Assembly (NCBI GenBank): GCA_000965745.1 | Contig: CP009479.1 | Span: 1,472,001 to 1,536,000, forward strand | Length of the DNA stretch: 64,000 nt | Reading direction: 5' to 3' | Origin: an uncultured archaeon | GTDB taxonomy: Archaea; Thermoplasmatota; Thermoplasmata; Thermoplasmatales; Thermoplasmataceae | Shown here: in pieces, positions 20,033-30,111 of the stretch | Layout: each line of letters begins with the position of its first letter | How positions within the stretch are numbered: the first letter of the stretch is position 1 | Notes under the pieces: generated by a model | Database searches by the model: none | What the model was told of the DNA's origin: nothing | The model's input: the letters and a program-made list of their open reading frames with translations, nothing else | Position numbers and translations under genes: made by a program

Positions 20033-20551
20033 TCAAAACGAGGTATATATACTGGCATTAGGGGTGAATGTGTGCGCACTCATGTTCAAATCGCTCGAGG
20101 AGTTGAACTCAAACAACATTATAGTTGATTGATGCGCAAGTATTCTCAGCGTATGGCTTGTCTGGACAAATCTGGAATCAAGGTTGTAGGTTGTATTTTT
20201 GCCGTTGGCTGATACCGTCACTGCACCCATGTAGAGTTTTACTGCATTGTAATCCCCCGCTTTCATTGTAAATGCCCCCAGGTCCTGGGAGTGAGTGGCG
20301 TTCACATCAATATTCACTGTCTGATTGTTCAGGGAATGAGTTTCCCAGCTGGATTGATTATCCTTTATGGCGACCTTGGTGAATGTTATGTATATTCCGG
20401 AGATGTTTGCGTTTGATGAATCTGCAACTGTAACGTTTAAATCCCCTTTCTGCACCTTATTTCCGAGCGCTGATGTATAGTATGTTATTCCAATCCCTGC
20501 AAGAATTATTACCGCGACAGTTATGCCTCCAATGATCTTCTTGCCTTTCAC
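20033..20551 (-). CDS. membrane-anchored DUF4382-like protein
   Basis: N-terminal TM; LNVTVAD...IYITFTKVAI...W...AGDY pattern. Confidence 0.65.
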   Translation of the reverse strand: MKGKKIIGGITVAVIILAGIGITYYTSALGNKVQKGDLNVTVADSSNANISGIYITFTKVAIKDNQSSWETHSLNNQTVNIDVNATHSQDLGAFTMKAGDYNAVKLYMGAVTVSANGKNTTYNLDSRFVQTSHTLRILAHQSTIMLFEFNSSSDLNMSAHTFTPNASIYTSF

Positions 20552-20625
20552 ATTCAGTAATTACCATATTTTTTAAACGTTTTCGGGCGGGAAATCTTAT
20601 AGTATAAAAATGGGCTGAAAAAACA

Positions 20626-21477
20626 TTATTCTATTTCCTTTCCATCCACTGTCATTCCGTCTAACCGTTCAGTATAGAAGCAGAAATATCCCTTTATCTT
20701 CCGGGATTCACCAAACGGTTCAAGGTAGCTCCAGGCCATGTTCTTGAAGGTCTCACCTTCAATTCTGATATCCCAGTATGAGGCCTTTCCCTTGTATGGG
20801 CATCTTGTCTCATGGCGGGAAGGAACGAGAAACTCCATTTCAACATCCTTTGGCGGGACATAATACCGGGCAGGAAGGCCTGTCTCAAAAAGCATCATAG
20901 GCCGGCTTGATTCTGCAATCTTTACACCCTTCATCCGGATCTCTACTTTTCTGCTGCTTTCAAGAACATCAATTCTAGTATACGGGTCTCTGGGGTGTAC
21001 CATCACGTTTTCTTCCTCTTCCATCCACCTGTCTACAGACGTCCAGTCAAGAATAACTCTGTCGTGCAAACCCTGCATCCCTTCGGGAGTTTCACGGTAT
21101 AGTTTCGCGAGTCCAGCTATAACTCTGCCATTCTCTTTCATGCTGTAGCTCGCATACTTTCCAAGTTCATCACTGCCTTCGCCATCCTTTTCCATGGCAG
21201 AAAGTCTGACATCCATGGAAGGAAAGGAGTAGATTACGGGTTTCCCCGGGATTCTGAGTATTAGAACATTGACTGAATCTGCCAATACACCTTCTTTCAT
21301 GAACGCCCTGACTCTTTTTTCCGTAGGCACTGCAAGTACAGTATTGCCATCAACCCTGAAAGTGAAATCATTTCCCGGGAACTTTGGAGTATGCATACAC
21401 ATGGATAACACTATTCCATTAAACAAATTGTTTGGTACGCCCATTTCCTTGTTGCCCAAAGTTATGCAGCAATTCAA
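20626..21477 (-). CDS. tandem DUF427-domain protein
   Basis: HPRDPY.RID, LFETGLP.RYY, CPYKG.ASYW, AWSY. True start probably downstream of the ORF-track start. Confidence 0.85.
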   Translation of the reverse strand: MNCCITLGNKEMGVPNNLFNGIVLSMCMHTPKFPGNDFTFRVDGNTVLAVPTEKRVRAFMKEGVLADSVNVLILRIPGKPVIYSFPSMDVRLSAMEKDGEGSDELGKYASYSMKENGRVIAGLAKLYRETPEGMQGLHDRVILDWTSVDRWMEEEENVMVHPRDPYTRIDVLESSRKVEIRMKGVKIAESSRPMMLFETGLPARYYVPPKDVEMEFLVPSRHETRCPYKGKASYWDIRIEGETFKNMAWSYLEPFGESRKIKGYFCFYTERLDGMTVDGKEIE

Positions 21478-21573
21478 TCAGAATCTAATGGCTGCCTGAT
21501 TTGCAAGGTAAAATGGGTGAGGAGTAAACGTTAGGCAACATATTTTTATATGGATGAAATATAAAAAGAAATA

Positions 21574-22347
21574 ATGGTAAACAGATGCCCTGAATGTGGC
21601 TATCAAAATGAAAGTTATATCAAGAAATGTGCCAAATGCGGCACATCCATGGAACATGTTCTCCAGGATCAGAAGAGGAGCATGATGGACATACGTGTTT
21701 TTTCAATCATCTACCTGATCACTGCTGCAATCGGCACTGGCGACTTCATTTACAGATACACCGTCGGAGGCCAGTTTACCTTCGGTTATTTCTCAAATAT
21801 ACCCAACGTTAACCCCGGGCAGGTTCAATCCGCTTTTGCCCCTTACCTCTACATATTTGAGATACTGGGCGCTATTTCTGCTATTGTTACTCTAGTATCG
21901 ATCTTTTTCCTCAGGAGCGGGTTTAAAACTCTCTTTAAGCATGACAAGGAATTCGGGACACCAGTTACTGGAACTACACTCATATTTGCAGGCCTTATAA
22001 TAGTGGTAGTAGGCGTCTTTGTACTGGTAGCACTTCTCCTCACAATGCTCCCCGGCCTTCTGCAGAACCCGCCTGTTTTCTCCTTAAGCAACATAGCTGC
22101 TATCGGCGGCGTGGGAATAATTGTGGCCATTGGTGCGATACTTCTCCTCGTCGGTCTGATCATGGGCATCCTGATAGGCCTGCACAGGCTTGCGGTCAAG
22201 TTCGAAGACGGCATGTTTGAAGCAGCATGGATACTGTACATAATCGCCTTCTTCTTCTCCCCAATAGGCCTTATAGCAGCATATCTTTCGCTCGAGGGAA
22301 CAAATCACACAATGAAGAGGCTTGATGAAGCGATTTCCCAGGTTTGA
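21574..22347 (+). CDS. zinc-ribbon membrane protein (DUF973-like)
   Basis: CPECG...CAKCG followed by several TM helices. Confidence 0.7.
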   Translation: MVNRCPECGYQNESYIKKCAKCGTSMEHVLQDQKRSMMDIRVFSIIYLITAAIGTGDFIYRYTVGGQFTFGYFSNIPNVNPGQVQSAFAPYLYIFEILGAISAIVTLVSIFFLRSGFKTLFKHDKEFGTPVTGTTLIFAGLIIVVVGVFVLVALLLTMLPGLLQNPPVFSLSNIAAIGGVGIIVAIGAILLLVGLIMGILIGLHRLAVKFEDGMFEAAWILYIIAFFFSPIGLIAAYLSLEGTNHTMKRLDEAISQV

Positions 22348-22353
22348 TGGTAT

Positions 22354-22866
22354 ATGCAGTTTGATGAACTCTTGGATCGTAGAAGGTCAACACGGGCCTT
22401 CAGCAGGGACAGCATAAGCGAAGACCAGGTCAGGTCTATTCTTGAAGCTGCAAATAAGGCCCCCTCTGCAGGCAACCTCCAGGCCTACGGGATATTTGCG
22501 GTATCTGACCACGATAAACTCACAGACCTTGTGGCAGCAGCTAAGGGCCAGGAGTTCATTGCTGAGGCACCAATATGCTTCGTGTTCTGTGCTGATCCTG
22601 AAAGGTCCGAATCAGAATACGGGAAAAGGGGACGGGACCTCTATTCCATCCAGGACGCAACAATAGCCGCTACTTTTGCAATCCTCAAGGCGGTTGACCT
22701 GGGCTTGGCCTCGGTCTGGGTAGGCTCCTTTGACGAAGAAAGAGTGTCGAACATAATCGGGGCCTACAAATTACGACCTGTGGCAATCATTCCGGTAGGG
22801 CATGGAGCTGAGAATCCGGAGGCAAAACCAAGAAGAAAGCTAAGCAGTCTCGTGCATGAAATGTGA
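22354..22866 (+). CDS. nitroreductase family protein
   Basis: RRSTRAF, APSAGNLQ, GLASVWVG. Confidence 0.92.
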   Translation: MQFDELLDRRRSTRAFSRDSISEDQVRSILEAANKAPSAGNLQAYGIFAVSDHDKLTDLVAAAKGQEFIAEAPICFVFCADPERSESEYGKRGRDLYSIQDATIAATFAILKAVDLGLASVWVGSFDEERVSNIIGAYKLRPVAIIPVGHGAENPEAKPRRKLSSLVHEM

Positions 22867-23032
22867 AGCAAATGCTGCGATACGAATATCAAGGGAAAAG
22901 ATCCTGAATCTCGGGAAGAATGAGTGAAAAAAAACTAGGTATCAGCCCCTATATTAATTTTCCACTTTTATCCATTACATATTAGGTGGATTATTTTTAA
23001 TTTTCAACCAGCTAAATATTTGGTGAGAGAAA

Positions 23033-23125
23033 ATGAATATATTCATGTCAAGAAGAATGATGCTGATGTTCTTGATGGCGATCACTGCTTCTTTCCTGCT
23101 ATACACGCTGTCAGAGGGCCTCTAA
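23033..23125 (+). CDS. candidate 30-aa single-helix hydrophobic peptide
   Basis: GGTGA Shine-Dalgarno upstream; translates as MNIFMSRRMMLMFLMAITASFLLYTLSEGL. Confidence 0.35.
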   Translation: MNIFMSRRMMLMFLMAITASFLLYTLSEGL

Positions 23126-23312
23126 ACAGAATGAAACCTTGCTGCCGGATGAAACATGTTATTGAGGGATGAGAAGGGTTACTTGCAGGTATGCCGGGCG
23201 TTTTTTGCATGAAGGCCGTCCAGGATTCAACTCTTTTTTTGTTTTGACGGAGAATAATGATTGCGTGCAAAGCTCTCCCGATCAGTAACGTTTGCGATAT
23301 GGTTCCCGCTTC

Positions 23313-23918
23313 TTAACCAAACTCTCTCAGCCCAAAAATCCTTGTTATTGCGTATGAGAGCAGAACAGTCCCGGCTATTGTCATTGCCAGGCCGCCTCCG
23401 CCTATGTATCTTGAAGTGTGTTGAACCAGGGTTATGTTGTATGCCGCAACAATGTTGACATCAAACTTCCCGTTGTTGGAAGTCATGTTAAGTGAATAGA
23501 CCTGCCCCTGGAGATTTGGTGTCGGTTCGATGTGTACCACCGTATTGTTGCTTGCATTGCCCTCTCTCATGAAAGTGTACTGTGTGATCAGCTTTCCGCT
23601 GCTGTCTATATGGTAATACTTGTACAGTTCGTAATGCACTGATGAATTTGAAGGCATTATGAAGGTTACATTCTCCGAAACGTTGTAGGGCTGATTGAAC
23701 AATAATGATGAAACGCTCTGGTTATCAACAGTCTTGTCTATTGTAGTCACGTTTGGAGTTCTGATGACATCCGTATAACTATAGGACACCTCAATCATGA
23801 TGAGGCCCACTGCCATGAGTGTCAACGCTACCAGTACAAATTTATTTGTCAGCACTCTCTTCGTTAGCTGTACTCTGGTCTCTTTTCTCTCACGCCTTAC
23901 TATCCTTGGTCTGGGCAA
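23313..23918 (-). CDS. two-TM membrane protein with extracellular beta domain
   Basis: N- and C-terminal hydrophobic helices with a sequon-rich middle. Confidence 0.75.
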   Translation of the reverse strand: MPRPRIVRRERKETRVQLTKRVLTNKFVLVALTLMAVGLIMIEVSYSYTDVIRTPNVTTIDKTVDNQSVSSLLFNQPYNVSENVTFIMPSNSSVHYELYKYYHIDSSGKLITQYTFMREGNASNNTVVHIEPTPNLQGQVYSLNMTSNNGKFDVNIVAAYNITLVQHTSRYIGGGGLAMTIAGTVLLSYAITRIFGLREFG

Positions 23919-24142
23919 CTATTCCAGATATGCCTGAAGATAATAACACTTGCTTGAGACACATGTTCACAGAAACCTTGTGGCGCCTGTACAAATCAAC
24001 CAGGACCGCCGGAATATCCGCAATAGAAGAAAAAGAGCATCAGGCCCTGAAGAGGCTTTTGTTTCTGTATTTTCGGACAAAAATGTATGAAAAATATTTT
24101 GAGTAATTCATGTCTGCTCCTGAATTACTTTGATTTGTGGAT

Positions 24143-24733
24143 TTAAGCCGGCAATGTCGGATTCTTTGCAGTCTCTTTTTCCCTTATGGAGAAGAACGCT
24201 ACTGCAAACAGAATTTCAGCTACCAGTATCAGGATGAATCCTATGGCAATGACAGCCGTGATCGCCCCAATAAGGTATATCAAGGCTGCTGTGCCAAACA
24301 GCCCAACGTCGAGTTTTGTGGCAATGCTGCTGTAACTCTTCCTCAGGAATACCGCTGAAATGATCAGCATGATCCACACTGCTATCAGGCCAGGTATTAT
24401 TGCTAGTGCAAATGCAACCCAGTTTCCCTGCTGCAGATTCGGGGGTACGCCAGCACTCATTCCGCCAAATCCGCCAACCCCAATGACAGCAAGAAAAGCT
24501 CCTATTATTGCAAGGCCGGCAACTACAACTGCAACAATCGCCAGTATTATTGCAATCACCATGTTATTGAAGATGTCTCTGTCCTCGACGATCACGGAAA
24601 TGGACCTTATCGCTATAAGCGTGAGTATAAACCCTACTATTCCAAGTAGCCACCCAACACTGGGCACAGGGGTCAATAAAACCAGGACAGAACCAATCCC
24701 GCCCATGGCTTTAGCTTCTGATAATGACGCCAT
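24143..24733 (-). CDS. DUF996-like membrane protein
   Basis: AKAMGGIGS..L, LF.TAALIYLIGA, AFFSI patterns. Confidence 0.8.
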   Translation of the reverse strand: MASLSEAKAMGGIGSVLVLLTPVPSVGWLLGIVGFILTLIAIRSISVIVEDRDIFNNMVIAIILAIVAVVVAGLAIIGAFLAVIGVGGFGGMSAGVPPNLQQGNWVAFALAIIPGLIAVWIMLIISAVFLRKSYSSIATKLDVGLFGTAALIYLIGAITAVIAIGFILILVAEILFAVAFFSIREKETAKNPTLPA

Positions 24734-25010
24734 TATTGATCAACTCCTGTATTATTTACAGCCACTCCTAAAATAAGGACTTGCCCTTACGTATAAGGGA
24801 CATCTGATAATGGCATGACTCAGTTCTTTTTAGATTTCAGATGCACTTGTTCATGGGTTAAATCATACATGAACGACAACCATTCTCTGTTGACACTTTA
24901 GAAATTAGCTTTGGGAAACACTCTTCGATTAGGTGTTACTGGTGAGGTATACTGTTGAATACACTTAGATTTGATTATTATAATGGGGCATTCAAAGGTG
25001 GCGATACCTC

Positions 25011-25262
25011 ATGAAATATGAAATAATATATGAGGAAAATTCTCCTGACATTCCCGATGAAGAGAGGATAGCGTACGAGATAAAAGGTCATCCGGGAAGC
25101 TTCAATTATCTGCAGTTTGAACATGATCAGATATACACAAAGGAAGAGCAGGAGAATAAGGCAGAAGAAATGAAGAAACTCGCACATGGCGCAGTGGCCG
25201 GATCAATTATATGTGCTTTCCTTACGATTGCCGCTGCGTTGTACGGGTTAGGCACGATATGA
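25011..25262 (+). CDS. small hypothetical protein with C-terminal TM
   Basis: ORF with upstream GGTG; hydrophobic C-terminus. Confidence 0.5.
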   Translation: MKYEIIYEENSPDIPDEERIAYEIKGHPGSFNYLQFEHDQIYTKEEQENKAEEMKKLAHGAVAGSIICAFLTIAAALYGLGTI

Positions 25263-25473
25263 ATGAAACAGCGTTAATCCCAAGAAATTCAAAAGAGAGT
25301 GCCAGCCATTCTCTACAAATTAATCTAAAAATTACCTTTACACGTAGAGCGTTGACTGATATCAGATTCATTATTACGTTGTGATTGTTCCATTCTGCAT
25401 GCCAGAATGGCAGCATGGCACTATGACGAACCCAAAAACGTTTAAGTTGCCGCGGCAATAAGATTGGGTTCAC

Positions 25474-25869
25474 ATGGACGATAAGCTCATAATCAAAATG
25501 TACACGGAAATATTCCTCACCTCAATCCGCTCTAGCGCTGTCAGTTGGGATAATTCCCTGATCCTCATGGGTGACATGACGAGGTCATGGGAGAGGTTAA
25601 ACCCGGGGATTGCTGCAGGAAGGGAGGAAGTGGCTGTAATTGAGGAGATGTGCGGTAATGCCAGAGAAATCTGCAAGAAAGTTTTCGACAGATCCGTGGA
25701 ATACATGCAGTACTATACAACACCTAGGGAGCCTTCATCCTATCTCCCAATGATAGAGGAGATGAGGGATTTGAACGAGGAAATGATCGAAGCAGGCAGC
25801 AAGGTCCGGGATCGGTACCAAAAACTTTCCGTTGCCTTTTTTAACACCGATTTCAGGCCCGAGGTGTAG
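25474..25869 (+). CDS. hypothetical helical protein
   Basis: 131-aa ORF with protein-like composition. Confidence 0.55.
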   Translation: MDDKLIIKMYTEIFLTSIRSSAVSWDNSLILMGDMTRSWERLNPGIAAGREEVAVIEEMCGNAREICKKVFDRSVEYMQYYTTPREPSSYLPMIEEMRDLNEEMIEAGSKVRDRYQKLSVAFFNTDFRPEV

Positions 25870-26087
25870 CCAGATCTGCACCAAAGAAATTCAAAGCATC
25901 TTTTCCACCGCATGTATTTATTACTGAACACTTGAAGCATAACCCGAATCGAAAAAAAAAACATCGGCGTCTTTCTACCATTATGGTACCTTCAATCGGA
26001 TAATCTATCAAACAAAAGACGCTTGGTTCGCAATGATTGCATTATTAAAACGCGTAATGGGTGGTTGATCTTGGTTGTAGATAAAAG

Positions 26088-26105
26088 TGGACCGGATGGG
26101 ATTTG
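26088..26105 (+). repeat. degenerate att site (copy of tRNA-Ala 3' end)
   Basis: TGGACCGGATGGGATTTG matches TGGACCGGCGGGGATTTG at 39165-39182 at 16/18 positions. Confidence 0.65.
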
Positions 26106-26112
26106 CTTTGGC

Positions 26113-26238
26113 GCCGCTCTCAACGGCAACAAGCAGAAGGTCATAAGCCTTAATGAAGCAGAATCTTTCATTGAAAATGGCCGGGAATATGTAGGAACGC
26201 TTCCTGGTGAGAAGGCCATAATCAAGCCGCCAGGATGA
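26113..26238 (+). pseudogene. C-terminal remnant of an integrase paralogous to 30414..31712
   Basis: NGNKQKVISLNEAESFIENGREYVGTLPGEKAIIKPP aligns with the intact integrase end NGHSQKVVSVKVVREYINQGWEYVNTLPGNKEVIVKLP. Confidence 0.8.
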
Positions 26239-26307
26239 ATGCACACAAGACTGACTTATTGCCACATACCTAAAGGTTCATACTAAAGAAGTGATTGATC
26301 TTAGGCA

Positions 26308-27276
26308 ATGAGCTTGAAAGTCATCGAGATCGAGAACCTGACAAAGATTTTTGGGGGGAAGCTCATTGCGGTGAACAATGCGAAATTCACAGTCGGGAAC
26401 GGCACCATCTTCGGCTTTCTGGGCCCGAACGGTGCAGGTAAGACCACCAATATCAGGCTGCTACTGGGACTGATACGGCCAACGGCGGGGGAAGTCAGGG
26501 TCTTCGGGGAGCGAATGACCCCCGGCTCCTCCAAACTCCGCAGGAGGATGGGCTACCTTCCCACGAACCCCAGGTTTCCTTCAAAAATGACCCCCATCAA
26601 GTACCTTGATTTCGTAGGGAAGCTCTTCAATCTCGGGAAAGAGGAGAGGATGAACCGACTCTCCAGCCTCCTCCGGTCGGTCGGGCTGCTTGGCGATTCC
26701 TCTAGAGAAATCGGCGGGTTCTCCACGGGGATGACGACGCGTCTGGGACTCGCTGCGGCTCTGATGAACGACCCTGAACTGCTGATCCTCGACGAGCCCA
26801 CGTCAGGCCTGGACCCGGCCGGAAGGAGGTCCACCCTGGAGATGATAGCAGAGCTTGGCAAGGAGAAGACGATTTTCGTGTCGTCTCACATCCTGAGCGA
26901 CATCGACAGGATATGCTCGGACGTTGTCGTGATTAGCGGTGGAAGGAGCATCTTCTCCGGCTCGATGAAGGACATGAAGAAGCGCACTCGCAGCAACATA
27001 ATCCGTCTGGAACTGGAAGGGGATCTGATCAAGCTTTGCGAAGCGTTGAATGACGCGAAATGGGTCGTCAGCTTTGAAACGAGGGGCGGCTACGGCGTGG
27101 ACATCATGTTCGCCCCCGAGATGCCTATGGCCGACGCGGTCAGAGAGGTGACGAACCTCGTTTCGCGGCAGGGCTTGGACTTAATTTCCGTGACCTCCTC
27201 GATGTCCAGTATCGAGGACGCCTTTATGGAGCTGCTCCGAGGTGAAGAATCCCGTGGGTTCCTCAGAGCTGCATAG
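26308..27276 (+). CDS. ABC transporter ATP-binding protein (ABC-2/exporter type)
   Basis: GPNGAGKT, FSTGM signature, ILDEPTSGLD, SSH. Confidence 0.93.
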   Translation: MSLKVIEIENLTKIFGGKLIAVNNAKFTVGNGTIFGFLGPNGAGKTTNIRLLLGLIRPTAGEVRVFGERMTPGSSKLRRRMGYLPTNPRFPSKMTPIKYLDFVGKLFNLGKEERMNRLSSLLRSVGLLGDSSREIGGFSTGMTTRLGLAAALMNDPELLILDEPTSGLDPAGRRSTLEMIAELGKEKTIFVSSHILSDIDRICSDVVVISGGRSIFSGSMKDMKKRTRSNIIRLELEGDLIKLCEALNDAKWVVSFETRGGYGVDIMFAPEMPMADAVREVTNLVSRQGLDLISVTSSMSSIEDAFMELLRGEESRGFLRAA

Positions 27277-27997
27277 CTTTGGGGGCACCCTCGCCCCCTT
27301 CCTTGCAATCGTGGAGGCGGACCTGAGAAGCCTCTTCAGCAGCAAGATAACTTACGGATGGCTGCTCGCTGCGGTCTTCATCCAGGTGGTGATTACTCTC
27401 GGTTCACGCTCGGCCGGGACGACTTCAAACGTGGTTTCCTCCGGGCTCTCGGACTTTGTCTACCTCTGGAGTCTGGTGATTATCGGGCTGGCCGCGAGTT
27501 CGGTCTCATTGGAGGCGGGAGAGCTTGCAGATTCCATAATGAGCAAGTCGGTCACGCGCCTCGACTACGTCTGCGCCAAGTTTGCCTCGCGGATTGCGTA
27601 CACTCTGATCGGCTTTTCTGTGGTCACTGCGGTGCTGGTGGGCCTCGCGCTGAGGCTGGATGTCAGCGACTACAGCACGGCCGGGCTGGCGTCGTCGATA
27701 GTCCTTGTAGCGCTGGCCCTGGTGATGCTGACGGCGCTCGGGGTCGGACTCAGCGTCGCAATGCCGTCCACCGTCACGGCCATGGTCACCCTTCTGGTCC
27801 TATGGTACTCTATGACATTTTTCTTCCCTGTCGTCGGTCTCGGCGTCCTTTCCCCAGGTACGCTGGTGGGCAACCTGCCGGGGATTATCAAGGGCGAGTG
27901 GAGCTGGGAGAACTGGGAGACCTTTGCGGGTTTCGTCGCAATCTCAGGAGTCTCAGCGGCGCTGTCTTCGGCGTACTTCTACCTCAAGGACATTTGA
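27242..27997 (+). CDS. ABC-2 type permease
   Basis: About 6 TMs, E...G...(I)MSKSVTR..Y..AK motif; adjacent to the ATPase. Confidence 0.85.
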   Translation: MKNPVGSSELHSFGGTLAPFLAIVEADLRSLFSSKITYGWLLAAVFIQVVITLGSRSAGTTSNVVSSGLSDFVYLWSLVIIGLAASSVSLEAGELADSIMSKSVTRLDYVCAKFASRIAYTLIGFSVVTAVLVGLALRLDVSDYSTAGLASSIVLVALALVMLTALGVGLSVAMPSTVTAMVTLLVLWYSMTFFFPVVGLGVLSPGTLVGNLPGIIKGEWSWENWETFAGFVAISGVSAALSSAYFYLKDI

Positions 27998-28249
27998 GCC
28001 TTCGGTTCGTTCCCAGCGGTTGCCCAGCCGGTGCTATACAGTAATCAACTCCCGGTTCCAAACTTTCTCCGGGTGGGACGGCTCAACGTCCGACACCAGC
28101 GCCCGGCAGGTCGCTTTGACGGCTCTAGGAGACATGACGGGCACGTCGTTGCCCTCAATCCAGCGGAGGTCTGCTTGTAACAGAAGACGACTTCAAGGCG
28201 CCCATGGATTGAGTTCTTGGTACATGAGATGTCAATTAAAAAGTTCGTT

Positions 28250-28570
28250 TGTCCACGCTTTCATGATGATGATAGCGTGAAAGTATCCTATCCGAGTACC
28301 GAATGTAGGAAGGGAGATGAATGCTTCCTTACGAGGATGCTAACCTCAAGATCATCATCGCACACCCTTGGCCAGATATGGGATCATATCTGGTTTAAAA
28401 GAATATACAAGATCATACAGGCAGTCCCAGCGAAGTTCAAGGACCTCATCCTGGCGAGTGTGCTGAACCAGATTGTCGAATCTCCGGATACAATGTAGAA
28501 GCTGCAGAATGAACTTGCAGCAAGAAGGCAGAAAGGTGTTGGATGATTACTTCATCAACAAGATGGAGGT
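28250..28570 (+). pseudogene. degraded ORF fragments, possibly an IS1634-like transposase piece
   Basis: IWD...DLILASVLNQIVES segment reminiscent of IS1634 N-terminal regions; frame broken. Confidence 0.25.
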
Positions 28571-28648
28571 TTAGCGAGACCTTGAGAAGCTGGAGCGATT
28601 GGTTAAGGGGGACTTCAGATTAGATTGTATGAAAACGATGGACATTTC

Positions 28649-29905
28649 GATCGTGTGCATAAAGTGATGTAATTTTAAAGAGGTCCCGCAAAATTTGGAA
28701 TTAGGAGGACCAAAAGATGCAGGACCAGTTGAACATGGTAGAGGAATTAATAAGCACTTTCCTGAATGACAATCAGGAAGGGAAGAAACAGCTGATCGAG
28801 TGGTTTCTGAACGAAGTCATGGACAGGGAAGCGATGGATCAGATCAAGGCGAAATGGTACGAGAGATCTGAGCAGAGGAAAGCGCACAGGAATGGCAAGA
28901 GGAAGAGATCACTGAAGACATCGGACGGCGATCTGATGCTGGAGAAGCCCCAGATACCTGAGTTTCCATTCGAAACACAGGTATTTGACCGGTACAGCAG
29001 AGTCGAGAGAGCAGTTGAATCAGCAATCCTGGAATCGTACATACAGGGTGTCTCAACAAGGAGAGTGAAGAGCATTGTTGAGACCCTTGGGATACGAAAA
29101 GTATCCCCGTCCTATGTCTCATCGCTTTCATCCGATCTGGATCAAAAGGTGAAGGAATTCCTTGAGCGTCCCATAGAAAAGGAGATCAGGTACATGTATG
29201 TGGATGCCACATACATCAAGGTACGCCAGGATTCAAGGTACAAAAGCATGGCGCTGTACATTGCAGCTGGCGTCAGGGAGGATGGGTACAGGGAAATCCT
29301 GGGGGCAAGGCTTTATGACTCTGAGACAGAAATCGACTACGAATCATTCTTCGATGATCTTAAGGATCGCGGCCTGAGAGGCTTAGAGCTGGTGATATCA
29401 GATGGCCATAAGGGAATCAGGGAAGCGGTACTCCGATCATTTCCAGGCGCATCATGGCAGTTCTGCCATGTGCATTTCATCAGGAACCTGATGAAGAAGA
29501 TTCCAAAGAAAAGATGGGGGTCAGTATCACTCATAGTGAAGGAATCACTTGAGAATCCTTCACTCATGCCTCTTGCACAGCAGGCATTGATGGATCATGG
29601 AATGGACAGGGCTGCTGAGATGTATGAGCGATGGTCGGATTCACTGTACAACTATCAGTCTTCCCCTAGAGGGCACTGGAGAAGGATCAGGACAACAAAC
29701 ATGATGGAGCGTCTCAATTACGAGATCAAGCGTCGTACAAAGAAAGTGGGTGCGTTTCCATCTGAGAAAGCGTTGATCAGGTTGGCAGGAGCGGTGTTGA
29801 TGGACGTGAATGAGGAGTGGATCACTGGGCGAAAGTATTTGAGAATGGAGGAGTTGCACGGTGGGGGAGTCCCTCTTTAATTTACAGCACTTGGTGCACA
29901 TGACC
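28649..29905 (+). mobile_element. IS256-family insertion sequence
   Basis: IRL GATCGTGTGCATAAAGTGATGTAA and IRR (rc) GGTCATGTGCACCAAGTGCTGTAA; 8-bp TSD GACATTTC at 28641-28648 and 29906-29913. Confidence 0.95.
28717..29880 (+). CDS. IS256-family DDE transposase
   Basis: GVSTR, YVDATY, ISDGHKG, WQFCHVHF, TTNMMERLN.EIKRR. Confidence 0.95.
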   Translation: MQDQLNMVEELISTFLNDNQEGKKQLIEWFLNEVMDREAMDQIKAKWYERSEQRKAHRNGKRKRSLKTSDGDLMLEKPQIPEFPFETQVFDRYSRVERAVESAILESYIQGVSTRRVKSIVETLGIRKVSPSYVSSLSSDLDQKVKEFLERPIEKEIRYMYVDATYIKVRQDSRYKSMALYIAAGVREDGYREILGARLYDSETEIDYESFFDDLKDRGLRGLELVISDGHKGIREAVLRSFPGASWQFCHVHFIRNLMKKIPKKRWGSVSLIVKESLENPSLMPLAQQALMDHGMDRAAEMYERWSDSLYNYQSSPRGHWRRIRTTNMMERLNYEIKRRTKKVGAFPSEKALIRLAGAVLMDVNEEWITGRKYLRMEELHGGGVPL

Positions 29906-30111
29906 GACATTTCATTGAAAGAATGAAAGATATATCTTATTCAGGACCAGACTCCAAGAAGAACAAATGCGAACAAGATTTTGTAGCAGAATATGCGGGT
30001 TGGATAATAAAATGCATGGTCAGGTGCTGTAACATAGTGTTGGGAACACTTTCCACTCAAAGAAATAGGGACTCTCTGATGCTCTTATTGAAGAGTACAA
30101 CAACTTGTTAG

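Noticed and set aside
19886-20128. 80-aa ORF (MSMGLPGFGPESP...)
   Set aside because: It is the antisense translation of tRNA-Pro.
26023-26238. 71-aa ORF as a genuine gene
   Set aside because: It is a chimera: non-coding sequence and the att copy read in frame into an integrase C-terminal remnant.
27358-28044. 228-aa alternative-frame ORF over the ABC permease
   Set aside because: Shadow ORF caused by high GC, with Arg/Gly/Pro-rich non-protein composition.
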